Counted from the first letter of the stretch, positions 1-11,278 are shown. The stretch is DNA of 64,000 nucleotides from Octopus bimaculoides (GCF_001194135.2 NC_069005.1:31594571-31658570), one strand, 5' to 3'. The notes: generated by a model not told the origin, from the letters alone. Translations and numbers: made by a program.

Positions 1-180
1 TGTTTGTTAGCCTGCACAAGACAGGGCAGCACTTATCTTAATAATAGTACCTCCCTAGATTAGGTGTCGGTTGTTCGTGCTGAACCCATATGTGTATGGT
101 ACCCAGCGAATCACTGTTCTTGGGTGATTCGTTGTTTGTTAGCCTGCACAAGACAGGGCAGCACTATCTTAATAATAATA
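1..180 (+). repeat. 132-bp-period direct repeat ending in (AAT)n, possibly the duplicated 3' end of a retroelement
   Basis: TGTTTGTTAGCCTGCACAAGACAGGGCAGCAC..ATCTTAATAATA occurs at 1 and 133. Confidence 0.55.
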
Positions 181-1017
181 GTTAGGTTGGATACCAACAG
201 AGGAAGATAGTCTCTCGATTCTATACAGGCTACATTCATTTGTACATTGAAAACATTCGCATTCCATGTATATACCATTTGTATTTAATACATGTTTTCT
301 TTTTCATGTCGGTTTTATGGACCCTTGAGTCTTCAAACACCCTCTGCAACATGCTGGTTGGTGTCATAACATAGTTGCAAGGTGTGCGGGCTGTGTCACG
401 TAACCGTATAGGCTCTTAACCAGGCTCTTTCAGTGCAGGAAACCTGGGGGTTCCAACCAGAAACCAGACTTTTTGTAATAAAATCTTTGAAAAAATTTGT
501 AGTGGTATTTTAGAAATTTAATTGTAAGCGTGTACAGACGCACAAGTACAAACATACAAGTGCGTATGTGTACGCGCGCACATATGTCCGAGAACGTGTG
601 AATAAATGATGATGATATGCGCATGTATTACATGTACATACATGCGTGTGGGATATTGTATAGTTTGTATGTGTATAAATGTTCCAGTGAGTATGTCTGC
701 GTGTGTGTGTGTGTCTGTTCGAAGACATGCATGCGAATAGATGTGAGTGCGCGCGTGTAAATTTTTATATATACGCACATGTGTGAATACATCTTGTCTT
801 TTACTGATTTCGGGTATTGGACTTTGGCCATACTGGGGCAGCATATCATTCTCTATTTTATTCATCTTTGCCAGAGAAACTCATAAAAGTGCTGGTGAAA
901 ACTGACAACTTTAGCGACATCAAATGAGAGAACAGAAAGAACAGGGAGAGAAGAGGAGAGAAAGACACCCGAGTCTTTGTCAGCGTGACTCCATTTGAAA
1001 TAAAATAGGTGAGGGAA

Positions 1018-1360
1018 GGCGCATGCGTGACTGTGGTATGAATTTTGCTACCCAACCACATGGTTCCGAGTTCAGTCCCACTGCATGGTACCTTCAACAT
1101 TTTTTCTTCTACAGCCCCGGGTCGATCAAAGCCTGAAGTCGACTTGGTAGACGGAAACTGAAAGAAGCCCGCCGTATGTGTGTGTGTATCTGTGTTTGTT
1201 CCCCATCACCGCTTGAAAACCAGGGTTGGCGTGTTGACGATAGAATAAGTAGCAGGCTTAAAATAAGTAAGATTCATTTTGGGGGTCGATTGGTTCGACT
1301 AAAATTCTTCAAGGCGGTGCCCCAGCATGGCCAGGGTCTAATGACTATAACAAGTAAAAT
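1018..1360 (+). mobile_element. SINE family B (GGCTGTGTGGTAAG...GGTTCAGTCCCACTG head, GACTGAAACAAGTAAAA tail)
   Basis: tRNA-like head and shared body. Other copies or parts at ~3990-4090, 6352-6515, 8368-8560(-), 20062-20200, 25490-25730, 27216-27326, 31090-31190(-), 32788-32955, 49635-49730(-) and 61100-61280. Confidence 0.75.
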
Positions 1361-1516
1361 GAAAGCAAAGTTAACCATTTGAGAATTTAGGTGAAGAGAT
1401 GCTGTTTCAAGGCGAATACCGCAGTGTCACGACCCTCTTGACAGTATATCCACGTTGCGGAAGATATACAGATTGCTACTTCCGTCGCTGGTACCGAATT
1501 AGATTAATACTGAGAA

Positions 1517-1745
1517 AGGCGGCGAAATGGCAGAATCGTTAGCATGCCTTGCCAAAAGATTAGCAGCATTTTGTCAGTTTTTTAATTTTTCTTTTTTATG
1601 TTCTGAGTTCAAATTCCGTCAAGTTCGATTTTACCTTTCATCGTTTCGGAGTCAACAAAGGAAGTACCACTTGAATACTGGGGTCGATGTAATCGACTTA
1701 GTTCCTCCCCCGAAATTGTTGGCCCTGTGCCAAGATTTGAAACCA
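1517..1745 (+). mobile_element. SINE family C (GGCGGCGAGCTGGCAGAATCGTTAGCA...TCTGAGTTCAAATTCCGCCGAGGTC)
   Basis: tRNA-like A and B boxes. Further copies at ~7434-7645(-), 21290-21500, 38140-38340(-), 40400-40560 and 63205-63415(-). Confidence 0.7.
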
Positions 1746-1807
1746 ATATTAAAACTTGAGAATAACATTGAATACAGGATATATAATGCGTCGAGCGTAG
1801 AGTAACG

Positions 1808-1850
1808 ACGCATGTCAAATACGAAACCGGATGTGATAAACAGCTGATAA
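1808..1850 (+). promoter_or_regulatory. Distal (DSE-like) element upstream of U3 copy 1; homologues at 2951 (copy 2) and 5237 (copy 3)
   Basis: ACGCATGTCAAATAC(G/A)AAACCG...CAGCTGAT is conserved at -273, -285 and -286 from the three starts while the flanks diverge. It contains the octamer-like ATGTCAAAT. The DSE role is inferred from position. Confidence 0.6.
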
Positions 1851-2020
1851 TACTACAAACATTAATTTTATACAAATCAGTTTATACGCATTAAATCGAA
1901 TGTATTTTCTAAATAATATATAGGACACTTTTAGAATACCTTTAGAAAGGTATTCTAAATGTTGAGGCTTGAGAAACTTCAAAGGGCAATTAATTAATTT
2001 GTTAAATATATTTTGTGAAA

Positions 2021-2070
2021 TCACTACAGGATTGTAGCAGCCATGTGTATATTAGGTTGCTAGGTAGCTG
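2021..2070 (+). promoter_or_regulatory. Proximal promoter of U3 (PSE-like YCACTAY at -59/-60, TATA-like at about -33, TGCYRGKTWGCY at about -24); homologues at 3177, 5464, 5721
   Basis: The same three motifs occur at nearly the same spacing in front of all four copies. Confidence 0.6.
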
Positions 2071-2080
2071 TTGCTAATTT

Positions 2081-2316
2081 AAGACCATGCTTTTAAGGAT
2101 CATTTCTTAAGTATGTGTCGCAACGGTATCCGGTTCTATTGAGCGGATCAACAACATCACGATGATGCGTGATCGTATTGGGTCCTGAGCGTGAAGCAGG
2201 ATTTCCTTAATCGTTCGTTACTCCGCTTTCAACGAATGTGAGAAATCCATTGAAGATCGTTCTTGAGAGGTTTAACAACTTCTTAAAGAGGGACTCAATA
2301 CTTTCTGAGTGATGTT
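2081..2316 (+). ncRNA. U3: U3 snoRNA, copy 1 (complete)
   Basis: Starts AAGACCATGCTTTTAAGGATCATTTCT (boxes A'/A; human AAGACTATACTTTCAGGGATCATTTCT). Has box C' GATGATG (2161), box B CTGAGCGTGAAGC (2185), box C CCATTGAAGATCGTTC (~2247) and box D CTGA (2305). An 8-bp terminal stem forms between AACATCAC (2153-2160) and GTGATGTT (2309-2316). Confidence 0.93.
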
Positions 2317-2408
2317 ATTTTTAACTAAATTAACAATAGATTACGTTTCTCATGCAGCAGTTAATACGGTATTGTGAATTTCGGTTCTAGATATCTCTTC
2401 GTTGTTAC

Positions 2409-2484
2409 AGAAATCCATTGAAGATCGTTCTTGAGAGGTTTAATAACTTCTTAAAGAGGGACTCAATACTTTCTGAGTGATGTT
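2409..2484 (+). pseudogene. U3: U3 3' fragment (box C to box D plus 3' flank), tandem duplicate of the end of copy 1
   Basis: AGAAATCCATTGAAGATCG...CTGAGTGATGTT recurs 168 bp after the same sequence in copy 1, and the flank homology continues to ~2555. Boxes A, C' and B are absent. Confidence 0.85.
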
Positions 2485-2830
2485 ATTTTTAACTAAATTA
2501 ACAATAGATTGTGTTTCTCACGCAACAGGTATTTCGGTTCTAGATATCTCTTCGCCGTAAGCGGATGAAAATATAAGCTTAGGTTTGTTCGACTAAATCA
2601 GTGGGTGCAACAAAATAACAGCTTCTTAGGTATTCCAATTTTTAAAAACTACCTAATAAAAATGAAATCGGATTATTTAAAACGTCGAATAACGATGGGG
2701 GTCCATAAGCAATAGAAAGAAAAAAAATTGTTGAGAACCTTTCAGTAAGGTATCCCTAGCACAATGAATTGCAGGCCCCAAAAAGGATTAAAATTAATCA
2801 AAGGACGTGACTAAGTATGTCTACCAGCTG

Positions 2831-2861
2831 GTATTGGGACCTGAGCGTGAAGCAGGATTTT
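2831..2861 (+). pseudogene. U3: Isolated U3 box B fragment
   Basis: GTATTGGGACCTGAGCGTGAAGCAGGATTTT matches the box B region of copy 2 at 30 of 31 nt. Confidence 0.7.
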
Positions 2862-3235
2862 CTCTATCTACTACTACTGTTGCTGTTGCTGCCGCCGCCA
2901 CCACTATTTACCACTAAATAAGCTGTAAACAAAATATTTCAACAAGGTAAACGCATGTCAAATACAAAACCGGATATTAGAATCAGCTGATGATGTCATC
3001 GCACAATTTAACAAAAACATCTTATACAAACCAGTTTCTAAATATTAAATCAAATGTATTTTCCCAATTTTAAGATGTAGAACAATTTAGAATAAAATTA
3101 TTAATGATAATATATAGAGTGACTTAAATTTTCTTCAGAGCATTATTAATTAATTTATTTTAGGTATTCTCTAGCACCACTACATAATTATACGGAGCAT
3201 ACGTATATTATTTTGCTGGGTAGCTAAAGTTAATC

Positions 3236-3471
3236 AAGACCATGCTTTTAAGGATCATTTCTTAAGTATGTGTCGCAACGGTATCCGATTCTATTGAGCG
3301 GATCAACAACATCACGATGATGCGAGATCGTATTGGGTCCTGAGCGTGAAGCAGGATTTTCTTAATCGTTCGTTACTCCGCCTCCAACGAATGTGAGAAA
3401 TCCATTGAAGATCGTTCTTGAGAGGTTTAACAACTTCTTAAAGAGGGACTCAATACTTTCTGAGTGATGTT
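3236..3471 (+). ncRNA. U3: U3 snoRNA, copy 2 (complete)
   Basis: Same boxes, length (236 nt) and terminal stem as copy 1, with a few substitutions, all outside the boxes. Confidence 0.93.
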
Positions 3472-5522
3472 ATTTTTACTACATTAACAATAGAAAATTA
3501 ACAGCGAAGAAGGGCGAATGCGATTGAAATTCCTTAGATAATTGCTATCAACTCCATAGTGAACAATGAATCCGCTAACAGTGGAAGGGAGAGAACTCAA
3601 ATGATATTTCTGGGAACGTTTGTTCAGGATGACTTGTGACATTTTTCCGTCTCTTCTTTCGTGTTTATAATATCGGGAAACGATGCGAATCTATGAAGAT
3701 GATTCATTAATTGCCATTAGTTCGTTTGACTAAATTTATGCCGTAGGGGTAGTTTCAGAGAATTTGTTTAATTCTGCCGGAATATGAGTAAGACAGTGTG
3801 AGAGAGAGGGAGAGAGGACAATCACCTCAATTAAAGATATTTTAGTCGTCAATGGAGCCTCTAATCGGTCGCTAGAATTGTTAGAAATAGCAGTTAAATC
3901 TCGTTCAAGTCTCACACATCATTTAAAAAAAAAAATGATCTGGACAAATTAGATCAGACAGACTACATGGTGCTACATAAGCTCCCTCATTGGGGGAGTC
4001 ATATAGGGGTCGATTCATTGGCCTTACAATTCTTCAAGGCGATTCCCCCAGCATGGTCGCAGTCTAATGACTGAAACATGCAAAAGATTAAANNNNNNNN
4101 NNNNNNNNNNNNNNNNNNNNNNNNNNNNNNNNNNNNNNNNNNNNNNNNNNNNNNNNNNNNNNNNNNNNNNNNNNNNNNNNNNNNNNNNNNNNNNNNNNNN
4201 NNNNNNNNNNNNNNNNNNNNNNNNNNNNNNNNNNNNNNNNNNNNNNNNNNNNNNNNNNNNNNNNNNNNNNNNNNNNNNNNNNNNNNNNCGTTTGGGGATC
4301 GATCTCAGTAACAAAGATTTTCTTTGACTTTCGTAAAATAAAAAGTAAATTCACCGTAGAAGGAATTCGAACGTCAAGTGACGGAATGCGTAAACATAAT
4401 ATGCACTGTCATGCTATTAGCTGTCAGAAGTGAAAGTGCTCACTGCTAGTGAAGTATCTGTCTGTCTGCCTGCCTGTCGATTCTTTGGCTACGGCCGCGC
4501 GAACTTTCGAGTAATAGATAGAGAGAGAGAGAGACAGACAGACATATAGCTCGCTCCGGCCAGTCATGGTATTAGCTGTCAGTAGCCAAAGAATCGACAG
4601 GCCAGCAACAGTACAGTACGCAACTGGTACTTAATTTATCGACCTCGACGGAATTTGAACTCAGTAAACATAATATGGTATAACCTTAAAATATCATTAA
4701 GGTTGGTGTTTAATGAATATAGATAATTTTAAATAATCCTTTGGGATGCGGGGCAAATCGATTTTATCGATCAACTGGTATTTAATTTATTGATACGGAA
4801 AAGGTGAAAGGTAAAGTTTACATCAGCAGTATTAACAAACCGATAGTACTAAGTAATCGGAACTTCGCCTAAATTTCAGTATCATCTCTTAATAATTTAT
4901 AGTTTTCTGTTTGGGGTGTAGTTTATTTCATATTTGAATGAACACAATAATTGCAATTTACACCGAAATTGATTTTGATAATCATTTGATATAAATATAA
5001 AACAATACGATTACTTATGGAGATAACATCAGTCGGAACGTTTATTGGTGTTTCACCGGGAAGTAATTTCTTAAGCTTGTAAAAATATAATTCACTGTTG
5101 AACCATACGGAATTTGAATTAACAACGTAAAGTGAAATAATGTGTAGACATAAAGTATTATCATCTGAAAATATTAAGATTGATAATTATATTAAGTATA
5201 AACAGCGATAAGTGATAATACAAGCGAAGAATAATGACGCATGTCAAATACGAAACCGCATATTAGAAGCAGCTGATGATACAATCGCAAAATTTAACAG
5301 AAGTAGTTTATACAAACCAGTTTATACATACTAAACCTAATGTTTTTTCTTAATATTTAGATACAAAACAATTTAGAATAACTTTAAAAAGGAAAATATT
5401 TATTTAAACTTTACATTTACTTGAAAAATTAATTAATTTCTTTGTTAATTGTATTCTTCGAGACCACTACATAATTAGAACACCAAAATGTATATTAATC
5501 TGCCGGTTGCTGTTGGTTATTT

Positions 5523-5568
5523 AAGACCATGCTTTTAAGGATCATTTCTTAAGTATGTGTCGCAACGG
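5523..5568 (+). ncRNA. U3: U3 snoRNA, copy 3 (5' 46 nt, cut by the 100-N gap at 5569-5668)
   Basis: Identical to the 5' end of the other copies and has its own upstream elements (5237, 5464). Confidence 0.8.
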
Positions 5569-5779
5569 NNNNNNNNNNNNNNNNNNNNNNNNNNNNNNNN
5601 NNNNNNNNNNNNNNNNNNNNNNNNNNNNNNNNNNNNNNNNNNNNNNNNNNNNNNNNNNNNNNNNNNNNTTGATTTATTTAAAACAATAATTACTGAATTT
5701 GCTAAATGTATTCGGTGAAATCACTATAGGATTGTTGAAGCCACATATATATGGGTTTGCTGGGTAGCCAAAGTTAATT

Positions 5780-6015
5780 AAGACCATGCTTTTAAGGATC
5801 ATTTCTTAAGTATGTGTCGCAACGGTATCCGATTCTATTGAGCGGATCAACAACATCACGATGATGCGAGATCGTAGTGGGTCCTGAGCGTGAAGCAGGA
5901 TTTTCTTAATCGTTCGTTACTCCGCCTTCAACGAATGTGAGAAATCCATTGAAGATCGTTCTTGAGAGGTTTAACAACTTCTTAAAGAGGGACTCAATAC
6001 TTTCTGAGTGATGTT
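5780..6015 (+). ncRNA. U3: U3 snoRNA, copy 4 (complete)
   Basis: Same boxes, length (236 nt) and terminal stem as copies 1 and 2. Confidence 0.93.
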
Positions 6016-7662
6016 ATTTTTAGTAAATTAACAATAGATTGTTTTTCTCATGTAGCAGGTGTCACGAGATTGTTAATTTCGGTCATCGACACCCATCAGC
6101 TGGATAGATGAAAGTCAGACCTCGGCGGAATTTGAACTCAGAACGTAGTGCAATTGATTGATGATTCATTTTTTTTTTCTTTTTAAACGAAAGACTTAAT
6201 ATACCTGCTAGAAACAGCAGTCAAAGCTCTTGTTTAAATCGGCGATTTAAATAAGAGTTTTGACTATTATTTCCAGCTGGTAGACATACTTAATCATGTG
6301 TTGCAATTAATTTTAATGCTTTTTGGGGCCTGCAATTCATTGTGAATATGCTAGTGTGTTTACGTCCCCGTAACTTACTGGTTCAGCAAAAGACGCTGAT
6401 TGAATAAGTACTAGGCTTACAAAGAATAAACCCTGGGGTCGATTTCTTCGACTTAAAAACTCTTAAAGACGGTGCTCTAGTATAGCTGCAGTCAAATGAC
6501 TGGAACAAGTAAAATAATACATATACACTGACTAACTTAAAAGCCGTCCTATCTGGCGGCTTTTAAGCAACTGACCCCGAATAGGAAGATCCGCAAACAG
6601 ATCTCTGTTTCCTCCAGAGTCATATCCCAAAGATGATCATATTCGTCGCAAAAAAATCGCCAAAAACAGTCGCAGTAATGAAAACATAGGAATTGCGGAT
6701 TCGGTCCGGAATGTTTTTAATTTACTCGCGGAGTCAGCCTGATTCCAAAATGGTATTATATGTTGGGCTACGGCCTCTAGGAGTAAAGTTGAAAAAGTGT
6801 GACACACTGACATTCGCATTTATTATATTAGATGTTTAATTTTGGGGAAACTGTATTTCAATCTAAGTGTATTTTATATATAGCTTAACGCTTTAGCAAA
6901 AAATGAAATAAGTAGCAGGCTTTAAAAATATAAGTTCCAGGGTTGATTAATTCGGCCGCTGTCTAATGACTGGAAGAAATTAATAAAAACACACACACAC
7001 ACACACAACCAATCACATATTTTTATATATTTATATGTTGGGGTAATAGTGATTCTCGAAGCACATCACATACAGCTATAAAGTGTAGCATGTAAATGCA
7101 CACACACAATATTGATTTCTGACGAAGGGACAATAGAGTTGAATGAATTCGCGTCTCCCTGTATAAGACTGATACCTTTTGTTTTATGAACCAAGGAAGG
7201 GATCAAGAAGGCAAAGTTTGAACTATTTGTCTATTATTATAATTTTATTCACCTGAAATTATCACAGACGAATTTCGTATTTTGTGGGTCAGTTTTGTTC
7301 CGCAAAGGAAACGGGACATAATTAAGAAACATAACCACGTTTTCTTTTGTTAGAGTTATGCCCCTTTAAAATCTTTTACTTTTTTACTAATGTGTAACGT
7401 AAAATCAGGCCTCCTTCCAGGGTGGACTATAATAATCCCTTCTGCTATAGGTACAATGCCTGGAATTTGGGAACAAGGGACTAATCGATTACCAGTACAC
7501 AACTGGTACTTATTTTATCGATGCCTGAAGGAGTGAAAGGCAAGAGTCGACCTCGGCGAAATTTGAACTCGTAGCGTAAAGGCGTACGAAATTGCCGCTA
7601 AGCATTCTGTCCGGCGCGCTAACGATTCTACCAGCTCTCCGCCTTCCTGGGTGAAACTATTC

Positions 7663-8051
7663 TTGTTGGCACTCCGTCGCTTACGACGACGAGCGTTCCA
7701 GTTGATCCGATCAACGGAACAGCCTGCTCGTGAAATTAACGTGCAAGTGGCTGAGCACTCCACAGACACGTGTACCCGTAACGTAGTTCTGGGGGATATT
7801 CAGCGTGACACAGAGTGTGACAAGGCTGACCCTTTGAATTACAGGCACAACAGAAACAGGAAGAAAGAGTGAGAGAAAGTTGTGGTGAAAGAGTACAGCA
7901 GGGTTCACCACCATCCCTTGCCGGAGCCTCGTAGAGCTTTAAGTGTTTTCGCTCAATAAACACTCACAACGCCCGATCTGGGAATCGAAACCGCGATCTT
8001 ATGACCGCGAGTCCGCTGCCCTAGCCACTGGGCCATTGCGCCTCCACATGA
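7663..8051 (-). mobile_element. tRNA-derived SINE family A, full length with TSD
   Basis: Minus-strand head has A box TGGCCCAGTGG and B box GGTTTCGATTCC; tail is CGACGGAGTGCCAACAA. Direct repeat GTGAAACTAT flanks it at 7651-7660 and 8052-8061. Confidence 0.85.
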
Positions 8052-9099
8052 GTGAAACTATAACACAAAAAACAACGTAAATAGAGGAATTGATAAGTGT
8101 ATTTTTAAACTGTTATCGCCATAAATCATGTGATACATTTACGCATCTAATTATATCGTTTAGACTCTGCACAGTTTTGCACTCTTTCCTGTCAACCCCA
8201 AAAAGCTACCGTTCCAAATACTATCAGTCCGGTGGGATAAGGGAGTGGAACAGAAGGAGGGATGGCTATCAGCTGAAATGCCATGTGACAGACATGATGA
8301 TTTTTACATCCTTCTTAGTTTTCGATTCTGTAAACCGTGTTCAAGTTTCCAGTCCAATTCTTTTATTCCTGTATTCTTTTACTTCTTTCAGTCATTTGAC
8401 TGCGGCCATGCTGGAGCACCGCCTTTTGTCGAGCAAATCGACCCCAGGACTTATTCTTTGTAAGCCTGGTACTTATTCTATCGGACTCTTTTTGCCGAAC
8501 CGCTAAGTTACGGGGACGTAAACACACCGACATCGGTTGTGAAGCGATGGTGACACACACACACAAACGACGGGCGTCCTCAACCATCGGGCCTCGGGCT
8601 AGTACCAGGCCGCGCAGAAAGAATAGATTTTAAGATTTTGTTTCCATTTTATTGACTTGACAGAATGTTTTTTCATTATATATGCATTATATATGTAATA
8701 ACTAAATTATATATCATGTACTTAATTGGCGGGGTTGGGGGGTTGTAATGGGCGTGATTCCTTGAGACCCGTCCGTGATGCAACAAAGGTTGGGCACATT
8801 GAATAACCATCTCCAAGACCAGAATTTATTTTGCGATGGCGGGCAAGAAGCGAAACAAATAAACGGTTGATTGTATCGATTCCAGTCTTTGACATAATAC
8901 TTTATACTTTATTTTATCAATCCTGATGGATGACAGAAAAACAAACAAGTTGACCTGGGTGAGATCTGAACTTGTGAAACAGAGAGGTCTTATCGTTAAT
9001 ATACTAAGGTATTTTGTCCGACGCTCTTGTGATCCATAAAAATTAATGTAATTGTCTTTCGTCACAGGATTTGCTTTGTAAATGTCGTCTGCGTTCATC

Positions 9100-9242
9100 T
9101 GCTTCCTTTTAACTGTCAATTTTCCTTTCCTTTCTTTCTTTCGCTCATATTCTATAATCTTTTGTCACTTCTTTTGCGTCCCTTTCGCTTTCTTCTTCCA
9201 TATCTCTCTCTCTTTTTCCAATCTTTATATCTTCAACTGTTA

Positions 9243-9302
<60 letters not shown>

Positions 9303-10203
9303 CTTCTTTTCTTTCTTCTTTAGGCTTCTTTTTTCTTTCTTCCTTTCTTCTTTTCTTTATCTCTTTCTCTCTCTCTCTCCACCGCTATCCCTCCCCCTCG
9401 CTCTGTTTTGCAATTTCCATCTTCATTTTCAAATACTAACTTTTTTTTTTTATCACCGTTGTTACTTTTTGTAGTTGTTCAACCCCAGATCTGCCCCGGT
9501 CGAGCTGACCTATCATTAAAGGCATTACAGCAGTTCAGCCATGACCATTACTTCTTATTTTCAATCCTTATATGTATGTATGTATGTATATATGTATGTA
9601 TGTATATATGTATGTATGTATGTATGTATGGTAGGGGGGGCACGTCTAATCTATCAACCCTTCTTTAAGACAGGAGAGTGATTTTTGAAGGAGAATTGGC
9701 TTCTATTTCTAGACCACCCAGATGTTTCCCTATTCAGTTAATTCATTCAAACGGTATTCATATAACATGAGATGTGGTTATTTATTAAAAAAAAAACTAC
9801 CCCAATGATTTCTACTCTATACTTTCAGACTTTTTTCACTTTTCATTTTCATTAAAGATCATCTTGTCTTCGTATTTTACCATCTTTTATTAAAAGAATG
9901 AATAAGCAGAAGGGAAAGATCGTATATTACAATCTTTCCTTTCTCCTTATTCATTCTTTTAATAAAACCGTTTTTTTTCTTTTATCATATTCTTAAAACA
10001 CTTTGTCATTCATACCAATTCTTTCTCTTAGACTCTCATTTTAACACTCCTAGCGCTTTTTATATTCCTCGTTTCAGTTAGCTGTCAAGCAGTTGAGCCT
10101 TTTACACTTTTTCTTGCCTTTATTTCATTTTATTTTTACTACATTTTCTTTTATTTATGAACTCCTGTCTCTCCATTTTCTTCCCTCTATAGAATTCCCT
10201 CCC

Positions 10204-10239
<36 letters not shown>

Positions 10240-10916
10240 AGCACACTTGTCTTTCTGTCACTTTACATCATCTTTCTCTCTTATCTCCCTCTTTCATTTT
10301 TTATCACTCTATCACTCAATTTCCTTGTCATATTTTCGATGTTCCTCCATAAAATAGTTGCTCTTCACCGCACACACACACACTCATACGTACACATTGA
10401 CACATACAGACACACATACGTACACACACACACACTTCCCCTCTCTCTCTCTTTCCATTTCTTTCAGTCTTTTTCTAGCTTTCCTCCTACTTCTATTGAC
10501 ACTCCTCCCCTTCGTTCATAATTTCCTCCCTCCTTCACTTCTTTATATATTTCACTCATTCTCTCTGCTATTCTGCCCATCTCTCTCTCTCTCTCTCTCT
10601 CACACACTTGCTGCTCCTCTCTCACTCACTCCCTATCTCACTCGCTCACTATCTATCTCTTCGCCTCTTTCTCTCACCCTCTGCATTTCTCTTTCTATCT
10701 CACTCGTCGCTTCTTTCGCTATTTTACTTCCTCCCTGTCTTATTTCACTCCCTCTCTGCTATCCTTTTCCGTATGTATATCTCATCCCTTCTCTCTCTCA
10801 CTCTACTTCACTCACTCACTCTGTCTCTTCCTTCTAACCTCTCTCTATTTTTCCTCTCCTTCTCTGTGTTTCCCCAGCGTCGCGTAACTTTCCTCCCACT
10901 TTTCTTCCTCCCCTTC
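9100..10916. repeat. Long CT-rich low-complexity region upstream of the AGTRAP start codon
   Basis: (CT)n, (CA)n and (TATG)n tracts; these account for the spurious L/S/F-rich ORFs in the track. Confidence 0.85.
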
Positions 10917-10980
10917 TCACGTGACACCACGATAACGGCTCCTCTTCAGTTACACAGACTGGATTCAGTCTTCTCTGGCC

Positions 10981-11007
10981 ATGGAACCTCCTCAAGTTTC
11001 TCTTAAG
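10981..11007 (+). CDS. AGTRAP: AGTRAP-like (type-1 angiotensin II receptor-associated protein) exon 1: MEPPQVSLK
   Basis: GCCATGG Kozak context, donor AAG|GTAAGA, phase 0. Matches human MELPAVNLK as recalled. Confidence 0.85.
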
Positions 11008-11224
11008 GTAAGAAATCATTTACAATATAACCGGAAGTATATACCCCATCTATGTGTATATATACATATACTATACACCTTCTTCTATGTCGTATGTATT
11101 TAAAATATTTGTATATACGTAAGTATTCAGAACTTTAGTGGTGCGGTTTACGGGTTAACGCGCCCTTCACAATCAATGGATGAATGGGTTTTGCTGTGTT
11201 CTCTTATTATATTTATATATATAT

Positions 11225-11278
<54 letters not shown>

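Noticed and set aside
2081-6015. Repeat-spacer-repeat layout suggesting a CRISPR array or satellite
   Set aside because: The units are 236-nt U3 genes with kb-scale spacers in a eukaryotic genome.
2755-6350. ~75-bp inverted pair (2755-2830 and 6270-6350) bracketing part of the U3 cluster like transposon TIRs
   Set aside because: There is no TSD, the pair does not enclose the whole cluster, and the pieces adjoin common dispersed-repeat fragments.
7119-7165. Third hammerhead-like motif CTGACGA-AGGGA...TCCCT-G
   Set aside because: GAAA is replaced by GTAT and no stem III or stem I partner is present; at most a decayed remnant. The CTGAGGAGAGTC at ~16376 is similarly incomplete.
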